Shown: in pieces, positions 1-8,511 of the stretch
Position numbering within the stretch: position 1 is the first letter of the stretch
How the letters are laid out: the number at the start of each line of letters is the position of its first letter
Source of the DNA: Desulfotalea psychrophila LSv54
GTDB lineage: Bacteria; Desulfobacterota; Desulfobulbia; Desulfobulbales; Desulfocapsaceae
DNA length: 32,000 nt
Assembly: GCF_000025945.1 (NCBI RefSeq)
Contig: NC_006138.1
Coordinates: 150,001 to 182,000 of the forward strand
Reading direction: 5' to 3'
Made by a program: the position numbers and the translations under genes
Notes under the pieces: generated by a model
Told to the model about the DNA's origin: nothing
The model's database searches: none
What the model saw: the letters and a program-made list of their open reading frames with translations, nothing else

Positions 1-570
1 ACTCTACGGCACAAACTCGTAGAGGGTATTCGTTTTGCCCTCTTCGATGTATGGGCAGATATTGCCCTGTGGTTTTTTGCAGGTGTCATCCTTGCCGGAA
101 GCATTACCGCCCTGGTACCAACAGGAATAATAGAGAACTGGCTGGGTGGAGGCATAGAATCACTCCTGTTAATGCTTGTCTTTGGTATCCCCCTCTATAT
201 CTGCGCAACAGCATCAACGCCAATTGCAGCCGCCCTTATCCTCAAGGGAGTCAGCCCCGGAGCTGCCTTGGTTTTTCTCTTGACAGGACCTGCTACCAAT
301 ATCACTTCACTATCAGTTCTATTGAAGATACTGGGAAAGAAGGGCACCATCAGATACCTCATCTCCATTGCCGTAATGGCAGTGATTTTTGGCCTGCTAA
401 CCGATTCCATCTACAGCAGTCTGGGGATTTCCCCACGGGCAATTATCGGTACAGCCGCAAAAATTGTACCTGATACAGTACAGATAACCTGCGCCATAAT
501 TCTGGTATTGCTCACCTATAACCCCCTGTTTACTTACCTCAACATAACGTTTAAAAAGAAAAAACGATAA
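1..570 (+). CDS. Permease, ArsP/COG0701 (SO_0444-like) family, 3' part only
   Basis: Frame open from base 1 (TLRHKLVEGIRFALFDVWADIALWFFAGVILAGS...) continues into the 172..570 ORF, with family-like CATASTPIAAALILKGVSPGAALVFLLTGPATN; stop at 570; start lies upstream of the window. Confidence 0.8.
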   Translation, partial: TLRHKLVEGIRFALFDVWADIALWFFAGVILAGSITALVPTGIIENWLGGGIESLLLMLVFGIPLYICATASTPIAAALILKGVSPGAALVFLLTGPATNITSLSVLLKILGKKGTIRYLISIAVMAVIFGLLTDSIYSSLGISPRAIIGTAAKIVPDTVQITCAIILVLLTYNPLFTYLNITFKKKKR

Positions 571-588
571 AAGATCCTTGTCTTATTG

Positions 589-632
589 GCCTAACCTATA
601 GTAATTTAGTCTACAGGTTAGGCTGTTCCTTT
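589..632 (+). terminator. Rho-independent-like terminator after the permease gene
   Basis: gcctaacctatag...ctacaggttaggc, a 13-bp stem with one mismatch, followed by tgttcctttt. Confidence 0.6.
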
Positions 633-701
633 TAAAGCCCAATAAAAACCTCACTTTGATGACATCTACTCCCCCCTTACCCGCCCCCAAAAGGAGGTTT
701 C

Positions 702-3056
702 ATGCACTCAGGTCGTTTATGGCAACGAATAGTAAATACAGAACGCTGGGGACTTCGGGCACGACTGGCATATACTACTGGATTTCTTTTACTTATTGGC
801 GCATCGGTCACTCTCTTTGCCATAGCAAGTAGCCTCCATCACAGTACCGAAAAAAGCATCCAAACAAGAATAGACAATTTCACCATCCTCCTCTCCCAGG
901 CAACGACTCATATCTCCTCACAGCTTCTGGAAGAGGCAAGCTATATCAGTATCAATCCTGATGTCCAGAAAAGTCTCAGACAAAATAAGCCTGACCTCCT
1001 AGGCGACAAGATTTTCACCTCTCTGGAAAAAATTGCCCTTCTCAGTAAACGCTCACCAACACAGATTCAGATATTCACCCCAACCCTTAAACCATTTTTC
1101 CAAGCCCAGACCAACATCCCAGCAAGAGGAGCCGATGAGTTTCCTCTACTCAAGGCAAGCAAAACATCTTTACAGCCAGCAGCAGGACTTAAAAAGAGCT
1201 CGGGGAAAATAGTCTTTACGGCAAGTGTACCTATTACTTACCAAGGGCAGCTCATTGGCTTTGCCCTGGCGACACGCCCCTTAGAAACACTCAAGCTCAA
1301 TCTGGACCAGACAATCTCCCATAATTTTAGCCTCATCATAAGCACCGATCAAGAAAAGACACCAAAGGCCACCGGCAAAAAAGAGCGCATTGCTATGAGC
1401 TGGGGGATTCCCGATCAAACCAACTCAGCCCCCACAACCTTACCCTCCAAGTCCATCTACACCAAAATAGTTCCCCTTATGGCCTACGATGGCAAAGAAA
1501 TTGGCACCACCCAGATTAACTTTGACGGCAAGGCCTTCTTAAGCCAGGCAGAAAAGACCATCTACATCCTCTTTTTCACCACCGTCATCGGTGTAAGTCT
1601 GGTCTTCCTCTCTATCTTTTGGAATGTCAATATGATCCGTGACTGCCTGAAGCAGATCAAAAAATCACTTATCTCATCGCACTCCAATGATTTTAGCGAA
1701 CGCTTCAACCTCAAGCCCGTTCACTGCCGGGAAATGTTAAACTGCTCCCACAAAGAGTGTCCTGTCTACCAAGAACCAAGCAAAATCTGCTATCTGGAAA
1801 CCGGAGATGAGGCCATTTCTCCCGCCAACAGAGGTGCCTGCATTTTTTTAAACCAATACAAACACTGCACAAACTGTCCTGTCTACGAGACACAACGCGG
1901 AGATGAAATAACGGAGATCAAGCAGATTGTAAATACCATCATGGGCCTGTGGAGCGACTTTCTGGGAGATGTTTCCAATCTCCTCGCCGATGTCTACAAA
2001 AGCACTCCCAATGAAAAACCAGGGCTCGATGATATATCAAGTTATCTTGAGCATATGGCAAGACTAACAGTCTATAGTCACGACGTTCAGGGAGCCAGCA
2101 ACCAAGAGGAGATATACAAACAGCTGGAATATGTCTTCCAACAGCACTTCCATCTTCATAAGTTCAACCTGCTGAAGGTAGATAGCACTGAAAACAGAAT
2201 GACACCTGTTATCTCCAGGCAAAACATAACAGAGAGCCATAATTCTGTTTTCTTTGACTGCTCCCTCTGTCGGGCAAGACGAACAGCAGAAATGGTCTGC
2301 TCCAACAACAACCCCCACCTCTGTCCCTTCTTCGGCCTGGAAAATGAGATGGAAATTCGCTGTTGCCTGCCAATGGTCATGCATGGAAGGGTGGGAGCAA
2401 TTTTCACCTTTACCACAAACCGCAACCAATGGTCGGTCACCCAACGCGAAATCGTTATCATACAAAAATATTTAGATGAGACAGCCCCCATACTCTCATC
2501 ACTGCAACTCCTTGAGGCGACCAAGGCTCAATCTTTGAAAGATCCACTCACTCGCTGCCATAATCGCCGTTTTATGGATGAATATTTAAAACATCTCGAA
2601 GTTCTCCATAAACGTGAGCCACAACAAGTCGGCTTTATCATGGCTGACATTGATCACTTCAAGATGGTAAACGATGAAGAGGGACACCAGGCTGGCGACA
2701 GCGTCCTCCGCCAACTGGCCAAAATATTAAAAATGGTAATCCGCGAGCAGGACCTCACCATCCGTTATGGAGGAGAGGAATTTCTCATCATCCTCCACAA
2801 TATCAGCGAGGCAAGCGCCCCCGAAATAGTAGGAGAAAAGATCAGGGCTGCTGTAGAGAAGACACCACTTACCCTGCCCGGTGGCAAACAGATCCAAAAG
2901 ACCATCAGCATAGGGACTGCTAATTTCCCCAAGGATGCCAGCAAGCTGTATCAGGTTATCAAGTTCGCCGACGTTGCCCTCTATAAGGCAAAAGAGCAGG
3001 GCCGCAACCGTGTCCTCGGCTTCAACAAATCGATGTGGATAGATGAAAAGTACTAG
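702..3056 (+). CDS. Membrane-bound diguanylate cyclase with periplasmic sensor region, Cys-rich segments and C-terminal GGEEF domain
   Basis: SD aaggagg upstream; two TM segments; C-terminal DIDHFKMVNDEEGHQAGD...REQDLTIRYGGEEFLIIL has the GGEEF active site and an RxxD I-site; Cys-rich segments between TM2 and the catalytic domain. Confidence 0.9.
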   Translation: MHSGRLWQRIVNTERWGLRARLAYTTGFLLLIGASVTLFAIASSLHHSTEKSIQTRIDNFTILLSQATTHISSQLLEEASYISINPDVQKSLRQNKPDLLGDKIFTSLEKIALLSKRSPTQIQIFTPTLKPFFQAQTNIPARGADEFPLLKASKTSLQPAAGLKKSSGKIVFTASVPITYQGQLIGFALATRPLETLKLNLDQTISHNFSLIISTDQEKTPKATGKKERIAMSWGIPDQTNSAPTTLPSKSIYTKIVPLMAYDGKEIGTTQINFDGKAFLSQAEKTIYILFFTTVIGVSLVFLSIFWNVNMIRDCLKQIKKSLISSHSNDFSERFNLKPVHCREMLNCSHKECPVYQEPSKICYLETGDEAISPANRGACIFLNQYKHCTNCPVYETQRGDEITEIKQIVNTIMGLWSDFLGDVSNLLADVYKSTPNEKPGLDDISSYLEHMARLTVYSHDVQGASNQEEIYKQLEYVFQQHFHLHKFNLLKVDSTENRMTPVISRQNITESHNSVFFDCSLCRARRTAEMVCSNNNPHLCPFFGLENEMEIRCCLPMVMHGRVGAIFTFTTNRNQWSVTQREIVIIQKYLDETAPILSSLQLLEATKAQSLKDPLTRCHNRRFMDEYLKHLEVLHKREPQQVGFIMADIDHFKMVNDEEGHQAGDSVLRQLAKILKMVIREQDLTIRYGGEEFLIILHNISEASAPEIVGEKIRAAVEKTPLTLPGGKQIQKTISIGTANFPKDASKLYQVIKFADVALYKAKEQGRNRVLGFNKSMWIDEKY

Positions 3057-3169
3057 CTCAAACCCCGACAAAGGGGACAGAGGAAGCAGCTAACTGGCAA
3101 CCTTCCTCTACCCCCCTCCCCGATGGCAAACAATTTCTATTTCTGGCGACCAGAACTCAAGAGGAAAAA

Positions 3170-3982
3170 ATGTCTCATAGCACGGACTTTCAGGACAGCC
3201 ACCTTCACCTCAGTCATCTCAGCCAGGAAGATATAGACAATATTGTCAGCAAGGCCCTAAATCTCAACATTCAGCGCCTCTTTGCCAATACCGCCGAGGA
3301 AGAGGAATGGGCAGGGGCCATCCAGGCAGGCAAGAGGTGGCAGGCCGTGACTCCCTTTCTTGGCATCCATCCCTGGTATGCAGCACATGCAACCCCGGGC
3401 TGGCAGGAGAGACTGGAGAGGATAAGCAGGGAAACGGGCTGCGCCATTGGTGAAATAGGCCTCGACAAAAAATGCCGTACCGAGACAGAGACTCAGGAAT
3501 CGGTATTCAAAGATCAGTTAGAAATTGCCTATCGCCATGGGCGACCAATATCAATACACTGCTTGGGAAGGTGGGAAAGGACAATTAACATGCTGCAGGA
3601 TGCGCGGGGCCAAAAACAGGGTACGCCCCTCCTCTTCCACTCCTATTCTGGTTCAGTGGAGACAATGCAGAGGCTGATTCGCCTTGGCGCCTCCATCTCC
3701 TTTTCTCTGCAAAACCTCAACCAGAAAAAAAGCTTTGAGGTTATGCTGCAGACACCCCTTGAACATATTCTTCTTGAAACAGACCTGAGCTATCAGGTAC
3801 AAGACAAGGCTACAAAACAAAAGGCCACAATAGAACACATTATATTACTCTATGAAAAAGTTGCTAAGGCCCGTCATATCTCAGTAAAGGAACTCTGTGA
3901 ACAAACCTGGAAAAATGGATCGATTTTCACGATTAAAGGCACTAATAGGCGAAAAAAGAGTGGAAAGACTGGCAGCACGTAG
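3170..3982 (+). CDS. TatD-family metal-dependent hydrolase
   Basis: DSHLHL, FLGIHPWY, AIGEIGLD, ISIHCLGRW, LLFHSYSG, ILLETDLSY follow the TatD motif order. Confidence 0.85.
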   Translation: MSHSTDFQDSHLHLSHLSQEDIDNIVSKALNLNIQRLFANTAEEEEWAGAIQAGKRWQAVTPFLGIHPWYAAHATPGWQERLERISRETGCAIGEIGLDKKCRTETETQESVFKDQLEIAYRHGRPISIHCLGRWERTINMLQDARGQKQGTPLLFHSYSGSVETMQRLIRLGASISFSLQNLNQKKSFEVMLQTPLEHILLETDLSYQVQDKATKQKATIEHIILLYEKVAKARHISVKELCEQTWKNGSIFTIKGTNRRKKSGKTGST

Positions 3983-4661
3983 CGTCACCATCGTCGGCAT
4001 CGGTGCCGTTGGCGGTCATGCCATGGAGGGACTTGCCCGCTCAGGCATTGGCCATTTACGCCTGGTTGACTTTGACCGGATTGACCCCAGTAACATCAAT
4101 CGACAGCTGCTTGCCCTTGACTCCACGGTGGGAAGATTGAAGGTAGAACTTGCCCAAGAGCGCATCTACCAGATCAACCCCCAGTGTAAGGTTGAAATAC
4201 TGCCGCTCTTTGCCAATCAGGAGAGCATAGATAAGATTCTTGACCCCAAACCGGATCTTCTCATCGATGCCATCGACGCCCTCAACCCAAAGACATGTCT
4301 ACTTGAGGCAGCATTTCGGCACAAGATCCCCACTATCTCGTCCATGGGGGCCGCCCTGCGCACAGATCCAACAAAAATAACCTACGGAGACATTTTCGAC
4401 ACCCGCGGTTGCCCTCTGGCCAAACAGCTACGCAAACGTCTGCGCAACCGGGGTATAGGGGAGGGCATCTTCTGCGTATACTCCCACGAGGCGGTGAACT
4501 TCAACTACGGTAACGAAGGCGCAGACGAGCCCAACGACAAGAGTTTGGGGCGTTCACGTAATATCCTTGGTTCTACTCCAACAATTCCGGCAATTTTCGG
4601 ACTAACAATTGCGAATCAAGCAATTTTTGCCCTTGCTGAAAAAGAGATCTCCTTTTCCTAG
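3915..4661 (+). CDS. tcdA: ThiF/MoeB-type E1-like protein, probable tRNA threonylcarbamoyladenosine dehydratase
   Basis: FSRLKALIGEKRVERLAARSVTIVGIGAVGGHAMEGLARSGIGHLRLVDFDRIDPSNINRQLLAL is TcdA/CsdL-like. The ORF track starts at a GTG at 3897; ATG at 3915 is an alternative start. Overlaps the TatD-family gene. Confidence 0.87.
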   Translation: MDRFSRLKALIGEKRVERLAARSVTIVGIGAVGGHAMEGLARSGIGHLRLVDFDRIDPSNINRQLLALDSTVGRLKVELAQERIYQINPQCKVEILPLFANQESIDKILDPKPDLLIDAIDALNPKTCLLEAAFRHKIPTISSMGAALRTDPTKITYGDIFDTRGCPLAKQLRKRLRNRGIGEGIFCVYSHEAVNFNYGNEGADEPNDKSLGRSRNILGSTPTIPAIFGLTIANQAIFALAEKEISFS

Positions 4662-4811
4662 CAATCGTTTTACCCTTTCTCACTCTTCTGTTTACAGAAA
4701 TGAAACACGTAGTATATAGATCTATAATTATTTATGAGAATAATTCATTAACAGATGCTGCCAGAAAGGCAGTGTTACTCACTTAGGACAAGATTAAAGG
4801 AAAAATTCGGT

Positions 4812-6026
4812 ATGGAACAGAACAACTCTCTTTTTTCTCGGATAATAAATGCTAACCTCGTGTTACAAATTATCTTTGGTATTGCCGCAGGTATAATCCT
4901 TGCTACAGTCTCCCACGATCTTGCAAAATCAGCAGCCACCCTTGGTGGCCTCTTTGTTGGAGCACTTAAGGCCGTAGCCCCAATCTTAGTGTTTGTTCTT
5001 GTGGCATCTTCTATTGCCAATCAGAAAAAGGGCAGCAACACCAATATGAGGCCAATCATCAGCCTCTACCTCATTGGCACCCTACTGGCTGCTCTTACCG
5101 CAGTCACCATGAGTTTTGCCTTCCCCACAACACTTGTCCTGGTGACAGGCGCCGAAGGTGCAGCCCCCCCCCAGGGAATCATTGAGGTACTAAGGACCCT
5201 TGTCTTCAAAATAGTGGACAATCCGATAAACGCTCTGAGGACCGCAAACTACATTGGTATTCTTGCCTGGGCCATCGGCCTTGGTATTGCCCTTCACCAT
5301 GCCTCACAGAACACCAAGGATGTTTTGAGCGACATGAGTCACGGTGTCTCCTTTATTGTCCGTTTTATCATCCGCCTTGCCCCAATCGGTATCTTTGGCC
5401 TTGTCGCCAACACCATTGCCGAGACAGGATTTTCGGCCCTTGGTGGATACGCAAGTCTTCTTGGCGTGCTTCTTGGCTCCATGGCAATTGTTGCCCTTGT
5501 CATTAACCCGCTCATGGTCTTTATCAAGATCAGAAAAAACCCATATCCACTTGTCTTCACCTGTCTGCGTGAAAGTGGGGTGACCGCATTTTTCACTCGC
5601 TCAAGTGCCGCAAATATTCCAGTAAATATGACCCTCTGTGAGAAGCTCAACATCCACGAGGACAGTTACTCTGTATCTATCCCACTGGGAGCAACCATCA
5701 ACATGGCAGGAGCGGCCATCACCATCACTGTCCTTACCCTTGCTGCGGTAAACACCATGGGTATCCAGGTGGACATGTTCACCGCCCTCCTTCTCAGTGT
5801 TGTGGCAGCAATCTCTGCCTGCGGAGCATCCGGGGTTGCCGGTGGATCCCTGCTCCTCATCCCCCTTGCCTGTGGCCTCTTCGGTATTTCAAACGATGTG
5901 GCAATGCAGGTTGTAGGTGTAGGTTTTATTATTGGTGTTATTCAGGATTCAGCTGAGACTGGCTTGAACAGCTCAACGGATGTTCTCTTCACCGCTGCCT
6001 GTCATAGGGCCAGGGAAAGATCATAA
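4812..6026 (+). CDS. sstT: Serine/threonine:sodium symporter, dicarboxylate/amino acid:cation symporter family
   Basis: [74 protein letters not shown] are SstT-like; start placed at MEQNNSLF, upstream start at 4755 possible. Confidence 0.9.
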   Translation: MEQNNSLFSRIINANLVLQIIFGIAAGIILATVSHDLAKSAATLGGLFVGALKAVAPILVFVLVASSIANQKKGSNTNMRPIISLYLIGTLLAALTAVTMSFAFPTTLVLVTGAEGAAPPQGIIEVLRTLVFKIVDNPINALRTANYIGILAWAIGLGIALHHASQNTKDVLSDMSHGVSFIVRFIIRLAPIGIFGLVANTIAETGFSALGGYASLLGVLLGSMAIVALVINPLMVFIKIRKNPYPLVFTCLRESGVTAFFTRSSAANIPVNMTLCEKLNIHEDSYSVSIPLGATINMAGAAITITVLTLAAVNTMGIQVDMFTALLLSVVAAISACGASGVAGGSLLLIPLACGLFGISNDVAMQVVGVGFIIGVIQDSAETGLNSSTDVLFTAACHRARERS

Positions 6027-6040
6027 GTCCAACAAATAAA

Positions 6041-6217
6041 GGTCTGTTGCAAAATAAGATGGCCAAAATTTCGCTCAGGCTTGGGTCAGATTTGGCCGCG
6101 CCGATTGAGCAAAACCGCAGATGGAGCAGGGCTACATCGAGGACTTTGCGATTGAGAAGCGGTCGAAGATGACCCGAAGCTGAGATGCAAGATATTCATG
6201 TTATTTTCTGACAGGCC
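6041..6217. mobile_element. Possible insertion-sequence remnant or MITE-like element
   Basis: Imperfect terminal inverted repeats: GGTCTGTTGCAAAATAAG (6041-6058) versus GGCCTGTCAGAAAATAAC (reverse complement of 6200-6217), 13/18 matches. No long ORF inside. Confidence 0.4.
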
Positions 6218-6309
6218 CTAAGGGTTTCAGCGATGGATACCATAATTGAATCTATTCTGTCCTACTGGATATGAAACTTGGGGACTCTTTCTGTTGGTCT
6301 CCCTATTTT

Positions 6310-7221
6310 TTATTGCCTCTCTGCACGTTCCTCTAGTTCAGTCCCACCTCTTTGAATCAAATACATGGCAGCTATCACAATAAACAGTCCCGGCAATATC
6401 TGATAATGGGGCAGGCCCTTACCCATAAATAAGTTGAGGAAAACAACAATGACTGGATAGAGATAGCTATAGGATGCGGCCCTGATTGGTCCGATCACCG
6501 ACACAGCGATCTGATTACAATAGAAGGTCACTATTGTGGCAAAAATTGCCAGGTAGAGAATCCATCCCCAGCAACTGCCGGGAACAGCCGACCAGCTATA
6601 GGTAAAGACCAGACGGAAATTAAGGAGAAGCAGCCAACAGGCCCCCGTCACCAGAATCCAGAATGTCATCAGCAGGGCCGATTCCCCCCTCTGGCAGATT
6701 TTGATAAACGGGGAGTAGAATCCCATCAAGAGACAGCCGGAGAGAAAGATAAGATCACCCTTATTCCAACTCAAATGTTGCCAAAAGAAGAGGTCACCCT
6801 GACAGAGAACCCATAGGGCACCAATCCCACCACAGAGCAGGGCAAGTAGCTTCGCCAGCGAAAATCTTTCCCCCAGCAAAATCATCGAATAAAAATAGGA
6901 AAAAAGAGGTGTTACGGCAAAGATGACACTGGTATTAAAGGCCGTTGTATAGCGAAGGCTGAAAAACATTAGCCAAAAAAAGCCAACCAGACAGCCACTG
7001 ACCAGAGAGGAACGAAAAAAAAGGGAGAGGGAAAAGGAGAGGTCGGAACGCAAGCCGACAACGAGAAGGACAATAAGAGCCGCCACCGTAAAGCGCACCA
7101 AGGTAAGAAGCCCCGGATCGATTTGCCCTGCGACCATCTCACCGGCGATAAAGGATGTTGCGACAAAGCAGGAGGAGAGGAGCATCAAGATATGCGCCCA
7201 GATTCGTTGACGATTTACCAT
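6310..7221 (-). CDS. EamA/DMT-superfamily drug/metabolite transporter
   Basis: About ten hydrophobic helices in two EamA-like halves (ILMLLSSCFVATSFIAGEMVAGQIDPGLLTLVRF...); start placed at MVNRQR. Confidence 0.8.
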   Translation of the reverse strand: MVNRQRIWAHILMLLSSCFVATSFIAGEMVAGQIDPGLLTLVRFTVAALIVLLVVGLRSDLSFSLSLFFRSSLVSGCLVGFFWLMFFSLRYTTAFNTSVIFAVTPLFSYFYSMILLGERFSLAKLLALLCGGIGALWVLCQGDLFFWQHLSWNKGDLIFLSGCLLMGFYSPFIKICQRGESALLMTFWILVTGACWLLLLNFRLVFTYSWSAVPGSCWGWILYLAIFATIVTFYCNQIAVSVIGPIRAASYSYLYPVIVVFLNLFMGKGLPHYQILPGLFIVIAAMYLIQRGGTELEERAERQ

Positions 7222-7286
7222 ATTTTTTTCTCTACTTTTTATAGACAGGAGCAAAAAAGATCACCTCGGCGATACGACCAAAGAAA

Positions 7287-7319
7287 AAAAACCTGCTCCT
7301 ACAAAAAGGGCAGGTTTTT
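7287..7319 (-). terminator. Terminator downstream of the NfeD-like gene
   Basis: aaaaacctgc...gcaggttttt, a perfect 10-bp stem; T-run on the minus strand. Confidence 0.75.
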
Positions 7320-7389
7320 CTGTTTTAGATCCCAATCTCTCCCAAACCGCCACCCTCACCAAGGAGGACAATCTCTTATATTTAATAAA

Positions 7390-7818
7390 TTATTTACCTA
7401 CGTGCAGAACGGGACCATCACGCCTCACCACATAAACAGTCTGCCCCTCTTCGATAAAAATATCGGCCGTGGCCTGCCAAACATGATCCAAAATCTTTAC
7501 CCTGCCGACGGCAGGAGGGGCAATAAGGGCTACAACTTCCCCACGTGCACCCACCTCGACCACGACCTCATCCACCTCATCACCTGCAAAAAAACTTCCC
7601 TTAAAAATTTTCCTATAGGAACCAAGAAGAAAGAGGGAGAGCAACAGAAAGATCACCAATTGCCAAACCATATTGACCGGATAGAGCCAATTTAATGCTG
7701 CTACACTAGTAGCCCCGACAGCAAAGAAAAAAAGCACCAATCCTGGAGTGGCAAGCCCCATAAGAAGAAGCATACCGCCTATTACCAGCCAAAAAAGACC
7801 CGAATCTATAAATTCCAT
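7390..7818 (-). CDS. NfeD-like membrane protein
   Basis: Short protein with N-terminal hydrophobic helices and C-terminal OB-fold-like GARGEVVALIAPPAVGRVKI...ADIFIEEGQTVYVVRRDGPVLHV; upstream start at 7881 possible. Confidence 0.7.
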   Translation of the reverse strand: MEFIDSGLFWLVIGGMLLLMGLATPGLVLFFFAVGATSVAALNWLYPVNMVWQLVIFLLLSLFLLGSYRKIFKGSFFAGDEVDEVVVEVGARGEVVALIAPPAVGRVKILDHVWQATADIFIEEGQTVYVVRRDGPVLHVGK

Positions 7819-8274
7819 AAATAACCTCAAAGGCATATAAACAACAGGCAAAAGCCTGTTAGAAAGGTTAAAGATTGGCACAAACCTTACCGCACAGGTC
7901 GCCCCCTCTCTCTACCAGTAAATTGTAAACAAAACCGCACTAAACGCAGGGAACAGTGTGGGCGCAATCCTTACCCTGGCTCCACAGAGGATAAACAATT
8001 TCCATTTTTCACCTGCAGAAAAGTAGATCAGAACAAAAAACAAGGTCTTATCCCCATGAACCATACCTACCATAAAATGAGTATATTTTTCACCGTTTTC
8101 GACAAAACACCACAAGCCTAAACCTGCCCGGAAGGCACCTGATCTGCTCTCGGGAAGAGGTACGTTTTAGGCAAGCTAAACATTGACAGAGCCCGCTAAA
8201 CACAGTATGTTTGCCAAACTCACTTACGAGGACATCCAGGCTCCATACACTATCAGTACCCCCGGGAGAACAGA

Positions 8275-8511
8275 ATGGCGAAAAGCATACATCTTGCAAA
8301 TATTTGTCATGGAAACACCTACGAAGTTTCAGGATTTGCCGACAGCGATTCAGATTACGCAGAAAAGCTCTTTAAGATGGGTTTTGTTGAAGGAACCGCC
8401 ATCGAACTTGCTCCAGTAAACCTCAGCGACCCCATTATTATCCAGATACGGGGGAGCCGTATTGCCCTAAGAAAGAAAGAAGCCCAACAAGTTTTTGTAA
8501 GGAAAAAATAG
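8275..8511 (+). CDS. feoA: Ferrous iron transport protein A
   Basis: YAEKLFKMGFVEGTAIELAPVNLSDPIIIQIRGSRIALRKKEAQQVFV is a typical FeoA SH3-like core; directly abuts feoB. Confidence 0.88.
   Translation: MAKSIHLANICHGNTYEVSGFADSDSDYAEKLFKMGFVEGTAIELAPVNLSDPIIIQIRGSRIALRKKEAQQVFVRKK

Noticed and set aside
51-473. ORF with 140 aa on the plus strand
   Set aside because: It overlaps the clear permease frame (open from base 1 to 570) and has a Cys/His/Arg-rich non-protein-like composition, so it is an out-of-frame artefact.
8116-8274. Search for a Fur-box-like operator upstream of feoA
   Set aside because: No convincing GATAATGATTATCATTATC-like dyad seen by eye.
8183-8419. 78-aa ORF overlapping feoA
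   Set aside because: Wrong frame relative to the convincing FeoA protein at 8275-8511.
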